A DNA stretch of 64,000 nucleotides from Pedobacter sp. (GTDB lineage: Bacteria > Desulfobacterota > Desulfuromonadia > Desulfuromonadales > Syntrophotaleaceae). The DNA lies in NCBI GenBank assembly GCA_050253415.1, contig JBFWJC010000005.1, positions 96,001-160,000 of the forward strand. Direction: 5' to 3'. Positions 11,177 to 20,728 of this stretch are shown one piece after another (positions within the stretch are counted from its first letter, which is position 1; each line of letters starts with the position of its first letter). The position numbers and the translations under genes are program-made. Below the pieces are notes generated by a model. That model was given only the letters and a program-made list of their open reading frames with translations. It had not been told where the DNA came from and did not search any database.

Positions 11177-11488
11177 ATGTTCAAAAAGATGGTTTTGACA
11201 TTAACGATGGCGGGCATAATAGGCGCTGGAGGGCTTTTGGCATCCGACACTTGGGCTGCGATGAACCATCAGGACCTCGACCACGAAGCGCATGGCCAGC
11301 ACGCAACTCAAACGGTTGTAGCGGGGAAGCAAATGGAGTCTGCCGGCAACATCATTTGCCCGGTAACCGGGGAAAAGATCGATGAAAAAGGAAAACTTAC
11401 CATCATGCATGACGGTGAAGTCGTCAATCTTTGTTGCCAATATTGTGTCGGAGAATTCAAAAAGAACCCGGAGAAATACTACAAGTAA
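11177..11488 (+). CDS. Exported YHS/TRASH-domain metal-binding protein
   Basis: Signal peptide, His-rich linker, CPVTGEKI...LCCQYCVGEFKKNPEKY, and an aggagg RBS. Confidence 0.8.
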   Translation: MFKKMVLTLTMAGIIGAGGLLASDTWAAMNHQDLDHEAHGQHATQTVVAGKQMESAGNIICPVTGEKIDEKGKLTIMHDGEVVNLCCQYCVGEFKKNPEKYYK

Positions 11489-11744
11489 AAAAGATTTGGC
11501 ATTGACGGCAAGAACCGGATGCCCGATCAGGTAAAAATAGGGTCGCAACGCATTTTCATGAATGGTTGCGGCCTTTTTTCACAGAAAATCCGTAGCTTGT
11601 TATTATGGCACGGGTTATTAAGCGGCATGGGGCAGGAGTCATTCAAAATCAATATCAAACAATAACCACGCTGATACCGTTGTCACTCTCGACCTGGTTA
11701 TGGCGGTTGAATCGATCGGCCGTTTTTTCGCCAGTTGAGATCCA

Positions 11745-11987
11745 TTGCACGATAAGATACGAGCTACTATTGAAGCTGAGGATGACAATCGAATCGCAGA
11801 TTTGCATATCTGGAAAATCGGTCCGCACCATCTAGCATCCATCATTACCCTGGTAACCCACTATCCCAAGCCCACGGAAAGCTATTGGAGGCTATTGGCC
11901 AAGTTTGACCAGCTCAATCATATTACCATTGAGGTTGTAAAATGCGAAGATTACCCCTGTTTTATACTAGATACCCTAGCGGTATAG
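11745..11987 (+). pseudogene. C-terminal fragment of a CDF (DmeF-like) metal transporter
   Basis: IADLHIWKIGPHHLASIITLVT...HITIEV is the CDF cytoplasmic domain. The transmembrane part is missing. Confidence 0.65.
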
Positions 11988-12286
11988 GCCTGTCCCTTCG
12001 CGTTACCGAAGGCGGCTTCCAATAAGACCTCTTTGCCCTTCCGCAATGGGTAATTCTTTTTGTTCCGGTTTTTCCGGAAACAATAGCTATGCAAGGAAGA
12101 CAATTGTTTATTTAACCATAAGGAAAACGGCCGTAAACCATATAGTTGAAAGTTCTTAGTTGATATTCGACTAGAAGTCTGTGGGGCCATTACTCAATTG
12201 AATTAGTGGCTAGCTAAATGATGGAAAACCTTTAAAATTTGAAGAAAGGATGACTTATTCAGTAAAATTTCCTGTATGGAGAGGGC

Positions 12287-14194
12287 ATGATGAAAGAATC
12301 TTATCTGGATATCGTTTCTCCGTTGATGAATAAAGGAAGCCTGGACAAGTTGCAGGCTCTGGAAAATCCCGTTTTGCACGCTTTCGTTGCCAAAGCTGCG
12401 GGTCTTTGCCGTCCGGATCATATTCTTGTATGCAATGACAGTGTCGAGGACAGGGAAACGATCCGCCAGCTCGCTTTGCAGCAGGGTGAAGAGATCGCTC
12501 TTGCGCGCCCCGGTCACACTGTTCATTTCGATGCCTTTAAAGACTGTCGTTTGCATGATCAATCCCGGGATAAGGCACATACACGCTACCTCATGGCTTC
12601 GGGACAAAACCTCGGTCCCGGCATAGCAACCCTGGACAGGGAAGAGGGGCTGACCGAAATGAGCGGTCTGCTTGATGGGATTATGGCAGGTAAAACCATG
12701 TTGGTCAGGTTTTTCTGTCTGGGTCCTACACAATCCGTTTTCAGCATCCCCTGCGTCCAAATCACCGATTCGGCCTATGTGGCGCATAGTGAAGATTTGT
12801 TGTTCAGGCCGGGTTATGAAGAATTTAAGCAGTTGGGTACTTCGGACAGGTTTTTTCGCATGTTACATGCCGCCGGGCGGTTGGAACATCATGTCTGTGC
12901 CGACCTGGTGCGCCGGCGTATTTATATCGACCTCGAAGAAGACCTGGTTTACAGCGTCAATACGCAGTACGCGGGCAACAGCGTCGGACTTAAAAAGCTT
13001 GCGTTGCGTCTGGCTATCCGCAAGGCTGACCAGGAAGGGTGGCTGGCTGAGCATATGTTCGTAATGGGGGTTCATGGTCCGCATGGACGAAAAGCCTGGT
13101 TTACCGGCGCTTACCCGAGTGCATGTGGCAAGACCTCAACGTCCATGTTGCCCGGCGAAAGCGTTGTGGGGGATGACCTTGCCTATTTGCGTGTGTGCGA
13201 AAACGATGTTCGGGCTGTCAATGTCGAGCATGGCATCTTCGGCATTATTGAAAACGTCAATCCCATAGACGATCCGGAACTGTTTCGCGTCTTGTATGAA
13301 GCTAAAGAAGCGATTTTCTCTAACGTGCTTGTTCATGATAATCAACCATACTGGCTGGGAATGGGGCAAGATTTGCCGAAAACCGGGGTGAATTATGCCG
13401 GTAACTGGTGCGAGGGTAAGGCCGACAGTTGTGGGCAGATTATTGCGCCATCCTATCGTGGTAACGCTCGTTTTGCCGTGCGACTTGACGAGTTGAGAAA
13501 TCTTGATCCCAGGGCGGACGATCCAGAAGGGGTGCCGGTTTCGGGTATTATCTATGGAGGGCGTGACAGCCAGACGTCGGTTCCGGTGCTGGAAAGTTTC
13601 GATTGGACCCATGGAGTAGTCACCATGGGTGCATCCCTGGAGAGCGAAACCACGGCCGCCGCCATGGGTGCCGAGGGCGTGCGTGCTTTTAATCCCATGG
13701 CTAATCTTGATTTTTTATCCATTCCTCTCGAGCGTTACGTAAGCAATCATCTGGCTTTTGGCGGCAAAGTGGCCCGCCCGCCACGTATTTTCTCGACCAA
13801 CTACTGGCTGCGAGATGCTCATGGCGTTTTTCTCAATGCCAAGCATGATAAGGCCGTATGGATTAAATGGATGGAGCGTCGCATTCATGGCGATGTCGGG
13901 GTGGTAGCCGGTCCCACGGGTTTTATGCCCCGGTATGACGATTTGCGGGAATTGTTCAGGGAGGTTTTAGGCAGTTCTTATATTGTTGAGGATTATCAGC
14001 AGCAGTTCTGCATGAAAATACCCCTGGAACTGGCGCGTATCGAGCGTGTCAAAGGATATCTGAGCCAGGCACCAGATATGCCCGCGGTAGTATTTTATAT
14101 GCTTGAGGGGCAAAGAAGGCGTTTGGTACGGTGGCAACATCAGGTTGGGGATCTTGTAACGCCTATCGACCTGGAACAAGCAACCACCGTTTGA
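12287..14194 (+). CDS. pckG: Phosphoenolpyruvate carboxykinase (GTP)
   Basis: QITDSAYV, YAGNSVGLKKLALR, GWLAEHM, AYPSACGKTS, VGDDLA and IIYGGR motifs. Confidence 0.93.
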   Translation: MMKESYLDIVSPLMNKGSLDKLQALENPVLHAFVAKAAGLCRPDHILVCNDSVEDRETIRQLALQQGEEIALARPGHTVHFDAFKDCRLHDQSRDKAHTRYLMASGQNLGPGIATLDREEGLTEMSGLLDGIMAGKTMLVRFFCLGPTQSVFSIPCVQITDSAYVAHSEDLLFRPGYEEFKQLGTSDRFFRMLHAAGRLEHHVCADLVRRRIYIDLEEDLVYSVNTQYAGNSVGLKKLALRLAIRKADQEGWLAEHMFVMGVHGPHGRKAWFTGAYPSACGKTSTSMLPGESVVGDDLAYLRVCENDVRAVNVEHGIFGIIENVNPIDDPELFRVLYEAKEAIFSNVLVHDNQPYWLGMGQDLPKTGVNYAGNWCEGKADSCGQIIAPSYRGNARFAVRLDELRNLDPRADDPEGVPVSGIIYGGRDSQTSVPVLESFDWTHGVVTMGASLESETTAAAMGAEGVRAFNPMANLDFLSIPLERYVSNHLAFGGKVARPPRIFSTNYWLRDAHGVFLNAKHDKAVWIKWMERRIHGDVGVVAGPTGFMPRYDDLRELFREVLGSSYIVEDYQQQFCMKIPLELARIERVKGYLSQAPDMPAVVFYMLEGQRRRLVRWQHQVGDLVTPIDLEQATTV

Positions 14195-14214
14195 GGTTTT
14201 AAGACATCGATTCG

Positions 14215-14249
14215 AAAGCCGGGCTGGAATACCAGCCCGGCTTTTTTTT
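14215..14249. terminator. Bidirectional terminator
   Basis: aaagccgggctgg-aata-ccagcccggcttttttt. Confidence 0.8.
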
Positions 14250-16383
14250 AACTGTTCAGTTGCTGTACCAGTTGGTCTATGGTTGTGACGGGTGCCAGGC
14301 AGGTCCGCCCCCGGCACAGGTAGGCTGTGGTCTTGCCATTCTGCATAATCTTGTCAGCTACCAGTGGGGACAGTTCAGCGAGTGTCGTATCGTTCGGCGT
14401 TTGCCACAGAATCATGAGGTTGGGTCGAAACGCGTCACGGGCTGCTGTGATCATGCATAAGGCGTCGGGATCGTCTTCTGGTGCTGCGATGACCAGAATT
14501 TCCTGATCGGAAAGGGCCATGTTCAGCGCCATGAGTAACTGGCTACTGCCGGTTGGCATCTTTGTCCACTGGGTGGAAGATGCCAGTAAAATTTTCTCGA
14601 CGTGGTCTTCGAGCTCCATGTTGCCGGTTAATCTGGCCAGACGCAACAGTGCCATGGCTGCCATGGCATTCCCTGAAACCATGGCACCGTCATGCAGAGT
14701 CCGTTTGCGTACCAGAACCTCTTCGGCATCGGTTCCGGTATCGTAATAGGTGCCATCAGGGCTGCCGAAAAGCTCTTGCATATCTTTTCCCAGCTGCAGA
14801 GCTTCTGCCAAATAGCGACTATCGAAGCTGGCCTGATAGAGTTCGATAAGGCCCAGAATCAGGGCGGCATAGTCTTCCAGAAAGGCCAAAATGCCGGCCT
14901 GGCCTCTGCGCCAGCGCCGCAGCAAGCGTCCCTTGTCGTCACGCATGGCAGTGAGAATGAAATCCGCTGCCCGTAGGGCGGCCGTCAAATATTCGGTATG
15001 TCCCAGCAAGCTGAATGTACGCGCCATGGCGGCGATGGTCAGGCCGTTCCAGGCCACCAGTACTTTGTCGTCCCTGTGGGGGCGGATGCGCGATTTGCGA
15101 GCCTCAAACAACTTGCGCCGGCCGTCTTCCAGTACGGGGCCCAATTCTTCCGTTGTCGTGCTGAACCATTGGGCCCACTCTTTCAGGTCCATTTCAAGCC
15201 TGGGGATATTGCTCCCTTCAAAATTGCCTTCTTCAGAGATCTCGTAGCAATTACAGAAGATGGTCGCGTGCTGGTGGCCAAGGACGTCTTCTACTTGTTG
15301 CGGTGTCCAAAGGTAGTAAAGCCCTTCGATACCTTCCGTATCTGCATCCTCACCTGAGCAAAATCCCCCAGCAGGCAGGGTCAGATCACGCAACACGTAG
15401 TTCAGGGTCTGGTCGGCAAGCTCGGCGAAAAATATGTCCTTGGTTGACTGGTAAGCATCGAGGGCCGCCAGGGCCACCAAGGCTTGGTCATAGAGCATCT
15501 TTTCAAAATGAGGTACCCGCCAGAAGGCATCGACCGAATAGCGGTGAATACCGAAACCGATATGGTCATACATGCCGCCGAGTCGAATATGCTGAAGGGT
15601 TTTGATGGCCATGGCGCTGGCGTTTTCCAGATTGAAACGGTGGGCGATATGGAAAAGCAGTGATAAATTGTGAGGCATAGGAAACTTCGGTGCGCTGCCG
15701 AACCCTCCGCGCTTAGGATCAAAGGTTTCCATGAACCGCACATAGGCCTCTTTGAGCGGTTCTTCTGAGAGAGATTCAGAGGCAGTGGACGGGCTGCTTT
15801 CGAAGCGTATCAGTGCGTCGCTCAGTTCCTTGCCGGTGGCAAGCAACTTATCGCGATCGGATTGCCACATGGCACCAATTTTTGACAGGGTGGTGATGAT
15901 GCCGGGGCTTTCTCCACGTGCCTGGCGGGGCATGTATGTGGCGGCGTAAAAGGGCGCCTTGTCCGGGGTTAAAAAGATGTTTAGCGGCCATCCTCCGCCA
16001 CCTGTGATCATTTGGCAGGCCATCATGTAAAGGTTGTCGATGTCGGGGCGTTCCTCTCTATCGACTTTGATGGGAATGAAAAGTTTGTTGAGTACCTGCG
16101 CGACCTCAGGATCCTCGAATGATTCGTGTTCCATGACATGGCACCAGTGACAGGTCGAGTAGCCGATGGAAACCAGTACCGGCTTATTCTGCTGCCGGGC
16201 TTTATCAAAGGCTTCCTGTCCCCAGGGATGCCAGTTGACAGGGTTGGTGGCGTGTTGCAGAAGGTAAGGGCTGCTTTCAAATATAAGTCGGTTGTATTGA
16301 TCCCCTCCGTCCGGAGGCAACAGGCTTGTATCGATCTCAGACAGGCGACTTACAACAGTTTCTCTATCCTGCGAATTCGTCAT
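14248..16383 (-). CDS. Thioredoxin-domain protein YyaL/SSP411 family (DUF255)
   Basis: [56 protein letters not shown] and [12 protein letters not shown] motifs. Confidence 0.92.
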   Translation of the reverse strand: MTNSQDRETVVSRLSEIDTSLLPPDGGDQYNRLIFESSPYLLQHATNPVNWHPWGQEAFDKARQQNKPVLVSIGYSTCHWCHVMEHESFEDPEVAQVLNKLFIPIKVDREERPDIDNLYMMACQMITGGGGWPLNIFLTPDKAPFYAATYMPRQARGESPGIITTLSKIGAMWQSDRDKLLATGKELSDALIRFESSPSTASESLSEEPLKEAYVRFMETFDPKRGGFGSAPKFPMPHNLSLLFHIAHRFNLENASAMAIKTLQHIRLGGMYDHIGFGIHRYSVDAFWRVPHFEKMLYDQALVALAALDAYQSTKDIFFAELADQTLNYVLRDLTLPAGGFCSGEDADTEGIEGLYYLWTPQQVEDVLGHQHATIFCNCYEISEEGNFEGSNIPRLEMDLKEWAQWFSTTTEELGPVLEDGRRKLFEARKSRIRPHRDDKVLVAWNGLTIAAMARTFSLLGHTEYLTAALRAADFILTAMRDDKGRLLRRWRRGQAGILAFLEDYAALILGLIELYQASFDSRYLAEALQLGKDMQELFGSPDGTYYDTGTDAEEVLVRKRTLHDGAMVSGNAMAAMALLRLARLTGNMELEDHVEKILLASSTQWTKMPTGSSQLLMALNMALSDQEILVIAAPEDDPDALCMITAARDAFRPNLMILWQTPNDTTLAELSPLVADKIMQNGKTTAYLCRGRTCLAPVTTIDQLVQQLNS

Positions 16384-16523
16384 GAAGACTCCTTGTATGA
16401 ATAAAGAGAAAACAATTTTATTCAGCTTATCAGTAATGAAATGAATACGCAAATAGTCAGGATTTCGATTGTTTCGAATATATCGGGTTTTATCGCCTCA
16501 GGTAGTCCGTAAGAGGCGAAAAA

Positions 16524-16559
16524 GGAAAAAATACCCCGTGGAAGAGGGACTCCACGGGG
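16524..16559 (-). terminator. Terminator of the ATP-grasp/GNAT/KamA operon
   Basis: ccccgtgga/tccacgggg stem followed by a U-rich tail on the minus strand. Confidence 0.65.
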
Positions 16560-16600
16560 CCAGGAAAAATCATTCGTTGAATTTGTAAAGGCAGAAGTGG

Positions 16601-17695
16601 TTATCCGGCATGTGCAACCTGTGCATCGGGCTCTTCTACAGCGGGTAGGGCATTGCGATAGAAATAGCTGTCACCCTGATAATTTTTAAGGGCGACATTT
16701 TCACCCAGGGATTGCAGGTAGTTCGGGAGCAACGGGATCTTGCCACCACCACCGGGTGCGTCTATGACGTAAGCTGGGACCGCCATGCCGGAGGTGTGGC
16801 CGCGCAGGGCCCTTATGACTTCCAGACCTTCTTCGACTGTGGTACGGAAGTGTTCCGTTCCCTGCACAAGGTCGGCTTGATAAATGTAATAAGGACGCAC
16901 CCGTATGCTCAGCAGTTTCTGCATCAGACGTTTCATGACCTCGGGGTTGTCATTGATGCCACGCATCAAAACGGTCTGGTTGCCAAGAGGGATGCCTGCA
17001 TCGGCAAGGCGGGCGCAGGCCTTGGTCGAAGTTGGGGTGATCTCATCCGGATGATTGAAGTGGGTATTGATATACAGCGGGTGGAAACGCCGTAGCAAAC
17101 GTACAAGGTTACTGGTGATGCGTTGCGGCAACACCACGGGCACGCGTGATCCTATCCGGATGATTTCCAGGCTCGGTATGGTTCGTAGTTGCTGCAGGAT
17201 CCAACCGAGTTGCTCATCTGATAGCAACAACGGGTCACCGCCTGATAAAATGACGTCCCGGATTTCTGGATGCGCGCGGATATAGTCGATCCCCGCTTGT
17301 ATGGTGGAACGGTTTATGACCATGTTTTCGCCACCCACCTTGCGCTTGCGGGTACAGAAACGGCAGTACATGGCGCACTCGGAACATACCAGAAACAAGA
17401 CCCGATCCGGATAGCGATGCACAAGGTTGGGAACCGGACTCTGGAGTTCTTCGTCAAGCGGGTCGGGACAACACACGCTGTCTTCAATCTCTTCGATTGA
17501 CGGGATGGCCTGCCGCCAGATAGGATCGCCGGCAGAGCGGATCAAACCAAGATAGTACGGATTAACGCGCATAGGATAGCGCTCTACGACTTCATCGAGA
17601 GGTGCCGGATCGATACCGTAACGACGCAACAGGTCGCCGGGGAGTGTGGTGCTCGCCTGCAAAAGTTTTTGCCAGGTTTCCATGGGTAGCCTCAT
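16601..17695 (-). CDS. KamA-family radical SAM protein (lysine 2,3-aminomutase type)
   Basis: HRYPDRVL, CAMYCRFCTRKR, SGGDPL, HFNHPDE, NQTVL, PYYIYQAD and VIDAPGGGGK (PLP lysine) motifs. Confidence 0.9.
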   Translation of the reverse strand: MRLPMETWQKLLQASTTLPGDLLRRYGIDPAPLDEVVERYPMRVNPYYLGLIRSAGDPIWRQAIPSIEEIEDSVCCPDPLDEELQSPVPNLVHRYPDRVLFLVCSECAMYCRFCTRKRKVGGENMVINRSTIQAGIDYIRAHPEIRDVILSGGDPLLLSDEQLGWILQQLRTIPSLEIIRIGSRVPVVLPQRITSNLVRLLRRFHPLYINTHFNHPDEITPTSTKACARLADAGIPLGNQTVLMRGINDNPEVMKRLMQKLLSIRVRPYYIYQADLVQGTEHFRTTVEEGLEVIRALRGHTSGMAVPAYVIDAPGGGGKIPLLPNYLQSLGENVALKNYQGDSYFYRNALPAVEEPDAQVAHAG

Positions 17696-17740
17696 TGAGG
17701 GCAGAGTAGTGAGCTTATTGTTTCACTTTTAGAGTTCGAA

Positions 17741-18232
17741 TCATCGAACTGCCGTTTCGGTTTGGTTTTGTAGCCTTTTGATAAATGTGATGCGATCATC
17801 ACCGGGTCGATAGAAATCCTTGATGCACGATTCTTCCAGATATCCGGCTTTGCTATAAAAGGTCCGTGTTCGCTCGTAGCTTCCCTGGGAGGAAGTCTCC
17901 AGGCATATCAGGCGACCTTGCAGGCTTTGGCCATAACGTTCTACATGTTCCATGAGACGTTGACCGACCCCTTGCCCCTGAGACCGCGGAGATACGGCAA
18001 TCCAATAAAGGGTGACGTTGCCACTGGTCAGGGGGGTAGGGCCGTAAAGTACATATCCTGCGACGGCTCCGGCCACTTCCGCTACCGCCACCAGATAGTC
18101 ACGCTGAGAGGGATTATCCAGAACAATCTCGAGCAGTTCCATGGCGCAAGCGACTTCTTCTTCGGTAAAGGCGCCGGTGTCGCGTAAAATGCGCTCCAGG
18201 TCAGGCAGGTCCGAGAGTTTTAAATCACGCAT
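17741..18232 (-). CDS. GNAT-family N-acetyltransferase
   Basis: LYWIAVSPRSQGQGVG acetyl-CoA motif A and TRTFYSKAGY. Confidence 0.9.
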   Translation of the reverse strand: MRDLKLSDLPDLERILRDTGAFTEEEVACAMELLEIVLDNPSQRDYLVAVAEVAGAVAGYVLYGPTPLTSGNVTLYWIAVSPRSQGQGVGQRLMEHVERYGQSLQGRLICLETSSQGSYERTRTFYSKAGYLEESCIKDFYRPGDDRITFIKRLQNQTETAVR

Positions 18233-19235
18233 GGGGCGTCTCCTTGCGTTGTTTCGCCATATCGAGAATGCGCTCGATAAGCGCCGGGTAGGTCAGTCCT
18301 CCGGCCCGTGCGGCCCGTGCCAGGCCGGCATCCTGTGAAATGTCGGGATTGGCGTTGACTTCCAGGATATAAGGGACTCCATCACGTAAGCGGATATCCA
18401 CCCTGGCGTAATCCCGGCATTCAAGGATCTTGCAGGCCCGTAAAGCAACGTCCCTGATCAACATGTCCTCCTTGCTCCGCAGGGAAGCGGGGCAAACAGG
18501 TCGGGTACGTTCAAACTCCTCTGACGTTTCCAGCCATTTACCGTCATAACTGACGATAGGGCGCACCAGGCCTTGCTCAAAAACGATTTCGGAGATCGGC
18601 AGAACTTCGAAACGTTTGTCACCTAATACGGAAACGTTAAGTTCGCGCCCCTCGATAAATTCTTCGACCAACGCTTCCTGCCGGTACATGTCATGGATGA
18701 AATGAACTCGTTCCCGAAGAGCCTTGTCCGAGGTGACGACACTGTCGGCGGTAATCCCGAGAGACGCATCTTCCGAGCGTGGTTTAACGATCAGGGGAAA
18801 CGCCATGTCATGTGTTCGCAACATGTGTTGCCCCGGTTTTGCCACGGTATATTTAGGCGTTGGAAGGTGATAGCGAACCAGCAGGTCTTTGGTTCGCGCC
18901 TTATCCTGGGTTAACCCCAGACACAAGGGCGTTGCCCCGGTATAAGGTATACGCATCAGTTCAAATAAAGAGGCGACGTTCATTTCCTGGCCGCTCTCGC
19001 CCCAGAACCCTTCGCACAGGTTAAACGCCACGGCAGGTGCGAGGTGTTGCATCTCGCTTATGAAGGTGGCCAGGTCCGGGCCGAGAGGTACCAGGCGCGC
19101 AGCATACCCACGCTTTTCAAGGGCCTGACGCACTTCTATGGCTTCTTTTTCGGCGCCCTGCTCGGAGATGAGGTCGGCTTGAGATCCCTTAACCGACTGC
19201 GACGGTGCGCGATTGAAACAAACAGCTACTTTCAT
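18225..19235 (-). CDS. Ddl-like ATP-grasp ligase (non-canonical)
   Basis: IPYTG, DK, IVKP..EDASLGI, LVEEFIEGRE, RVDIRL and LEVNANP motifs. AFNLCEG stands in place of the Ddl LHG..GEDG motif. Confidence 0.85.
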   Translation of the reverse strand: MKVAVCFNRAPSQSVKGSQADLISEQGAEKEAIEVRQALEKRGYAARLVPLGPDLATFISEMQHLAPAVAFNLCEGFWGESGQEMNVASLFELMRIPYTGATPLCLGLTQDKARTKDLLVRYHLPTPKYTVAKPGQHMLRTHDMAFPLIVKPRSEDASLGITADSVVTSDKALRERVHFIHDMYRQEALVEEFIEGRELNVSVLGDKRFEVLPISEIVFEQGLVRPIVSYDGKWLETSEEFERTRPVCPASLRSKEDMLIRDVALRACKILECRDYARVDIRLRDGVPYILEVNANPDISQDAGLARAARAGGLTYPALIERILDMAKQRKETPHA

Positions 19236-20271
19236 GATGAGTCCCCGTGAGGTTTAAACGTTCTGCGGCAGCGTCGACGACAGCAAGGATCAGTTCATCG
19301 TAAGACAGGCCTGCGGCGCGGGCAGCTTTGGGAAAGCAACTGTTCTGTTCCGGGCGTGGCAATATGCCCGGCAGGGGATTTAATTCAATGATATGAGGTG
19401 CTCCACGGCTATCAAGACGTACGTCGATGCGGCACCAGTCGCGACACCCTAAAACCGTGAAGGCCCGCCGACAAAGGTCTTCAATATCGGCCTGCAACTT
19501 GAAGTCAAGCAGTGCGGGGCAGGTGAAAATTTGCAACGGGTCTTCTTCGCGGTCCCATACCCATTTGGCTTCATAGGAATAGATAGGGTTGACACCGTCC
19601 GGCAGCGCATCGAAATTGATCTCTACGACAGGCAGGATACGTATACCGCTGCCGTTACCGAGTACTGCCACGGTAAACTCACGCCCGGGCAGAAAATCCT
19701 CGATAAGAGCCGGTTGTCGGTATTGTTCCAGCACCTTCTTGACCTGGCGTACCAGGGCCTTACGGTTATGCACCAGGGAAGCATCAGGCACACCTTTGCT
19801 GGAGCCCTCCAGTATCGGTTTGACCATCTGCGGATAACGCAATCGTGAGGGGATCTGGTCTACGGATGTAACCGTGACAAAACGTGGCGTGGCGACACCA
19901 TGATAGGCGAGAATTTCTTTGGTGCGGCGTTTGTCGAGGCAGATACCGAGGGTCACGGGATCGCTGCCGGTGTAGGCAAGACCCAACATGTCGAGCATGG
20001 CCGGCACCTGTGCTTCGCGACTTGCACCGAGTAGCCCCTCCGACATATTAAAAACCAGATCTGGTTTCAACTGTCGCAGGGTTTCAAAAGCATCGAGGTC
20101 TGCTTCCACCAGAGAAACCTGATGTTTGCGTGCCAGGGCTGACTTCACCGCTTCAATGGTGTGTATATCGTCCCATTCGGCGTAAAGGTCGTCATCGGCG
20201 GAGTAAGGTTCGTCGGAAATAGGTAATACGGGGGGAGCCCCCTTCAGATTGAAGGCGAGAGCGATGTGCAT
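19189..20271 (-). CDS. Ddl-like ATP-grasp ligase (non-canonical)
   Basis: YTGSD, VKPILEGSSKG, IEDFLPGREFTV, YSYEAK, RIDVR and IELNPLPG motifs. VFNMSEG stands in place of LHG..GEDG. Confidence 0.85.
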   Translation of the reverse strand: MHIALAFNLKGAPPVLPISDEPYSADDDLYAEWDDIHTIEAVKSALARKHQVSLVEADLDAFETLRQLKPDLVFNMSEGLLGASREAQVPAMLDMLGLAYTGSDPVTLGICLDKRRTKEILAYHGVATPRFVTVTSVDQIPSRLRYPQMVKPILEGSSKGVPDASLVHNRKALVRQVKKVLEQYRQPALIEDFLPGREFTVAVLGNGSGIRILPVVEINFDALPDGVNPIYSYEAKWVWDREEDPLQIFTCPALLDFKLQADIEDLCRRAFTVLGCRDWCRIDVRLDSRGAPHIIELNPLPGILPRPEQNSCFPKAARAAGLSYDELILAVVDAAAERLNLTGTHHESSCLFQSRTVAVG

Positions 20272-20655
20272 GTTTGAACCCCTTTTTAAAAGCCACGTAC
20301 GAAAAGACCCCCGTAGGGGTTGCCGTTTTTCAGGGGCGGGGTGCCTGGCGGCGGGCGGCGATAAAAAGGGGTTGCTTTTTATGTCGGTCGTCCTGCTGTT
20401 CCCGGCCTGAAACGGCTATGTTTCTTTGCTATATACTCCTGTCCATTTTACCTGTCAACAGTAAAAAAAACGTCTCATAAATGTCTGTAATTATATGGAA
20501 AAAACAACAAAGTAGGCGGTTGTATCCAGCGGTTTTAAAACAAAAAAAAGATTTCGATGCAGCCTCTATCAAGTACGCCTTATAGAGCCTTGGTAGCTTG
20601 ACTTTGAAGGTACATGGGACGTCCATAATCTGAGGTGAAAGTATGGGGCCTTGCC

Positions 20656-20684
20656 TTGACAAATCACCAGTCGGTAACTACATT
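20656..20684 (+). promoter_or_regulatory. Candidate htpG promoter
   Basis: TTGACA-17 bp-TACATT upstream of the aggagg RBS. Confidence 0.5.
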
Positions 20685-20728
20685 GACGGGCGAAATAACA
20701 TGAATATAAAAAGGAGGTTTTAAGACCT

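Noticed and set aside
20480..20728. CIRCE element before htpG
   Set aside because: TTAGCACTC-N9-GAGTGCTAA is not present.
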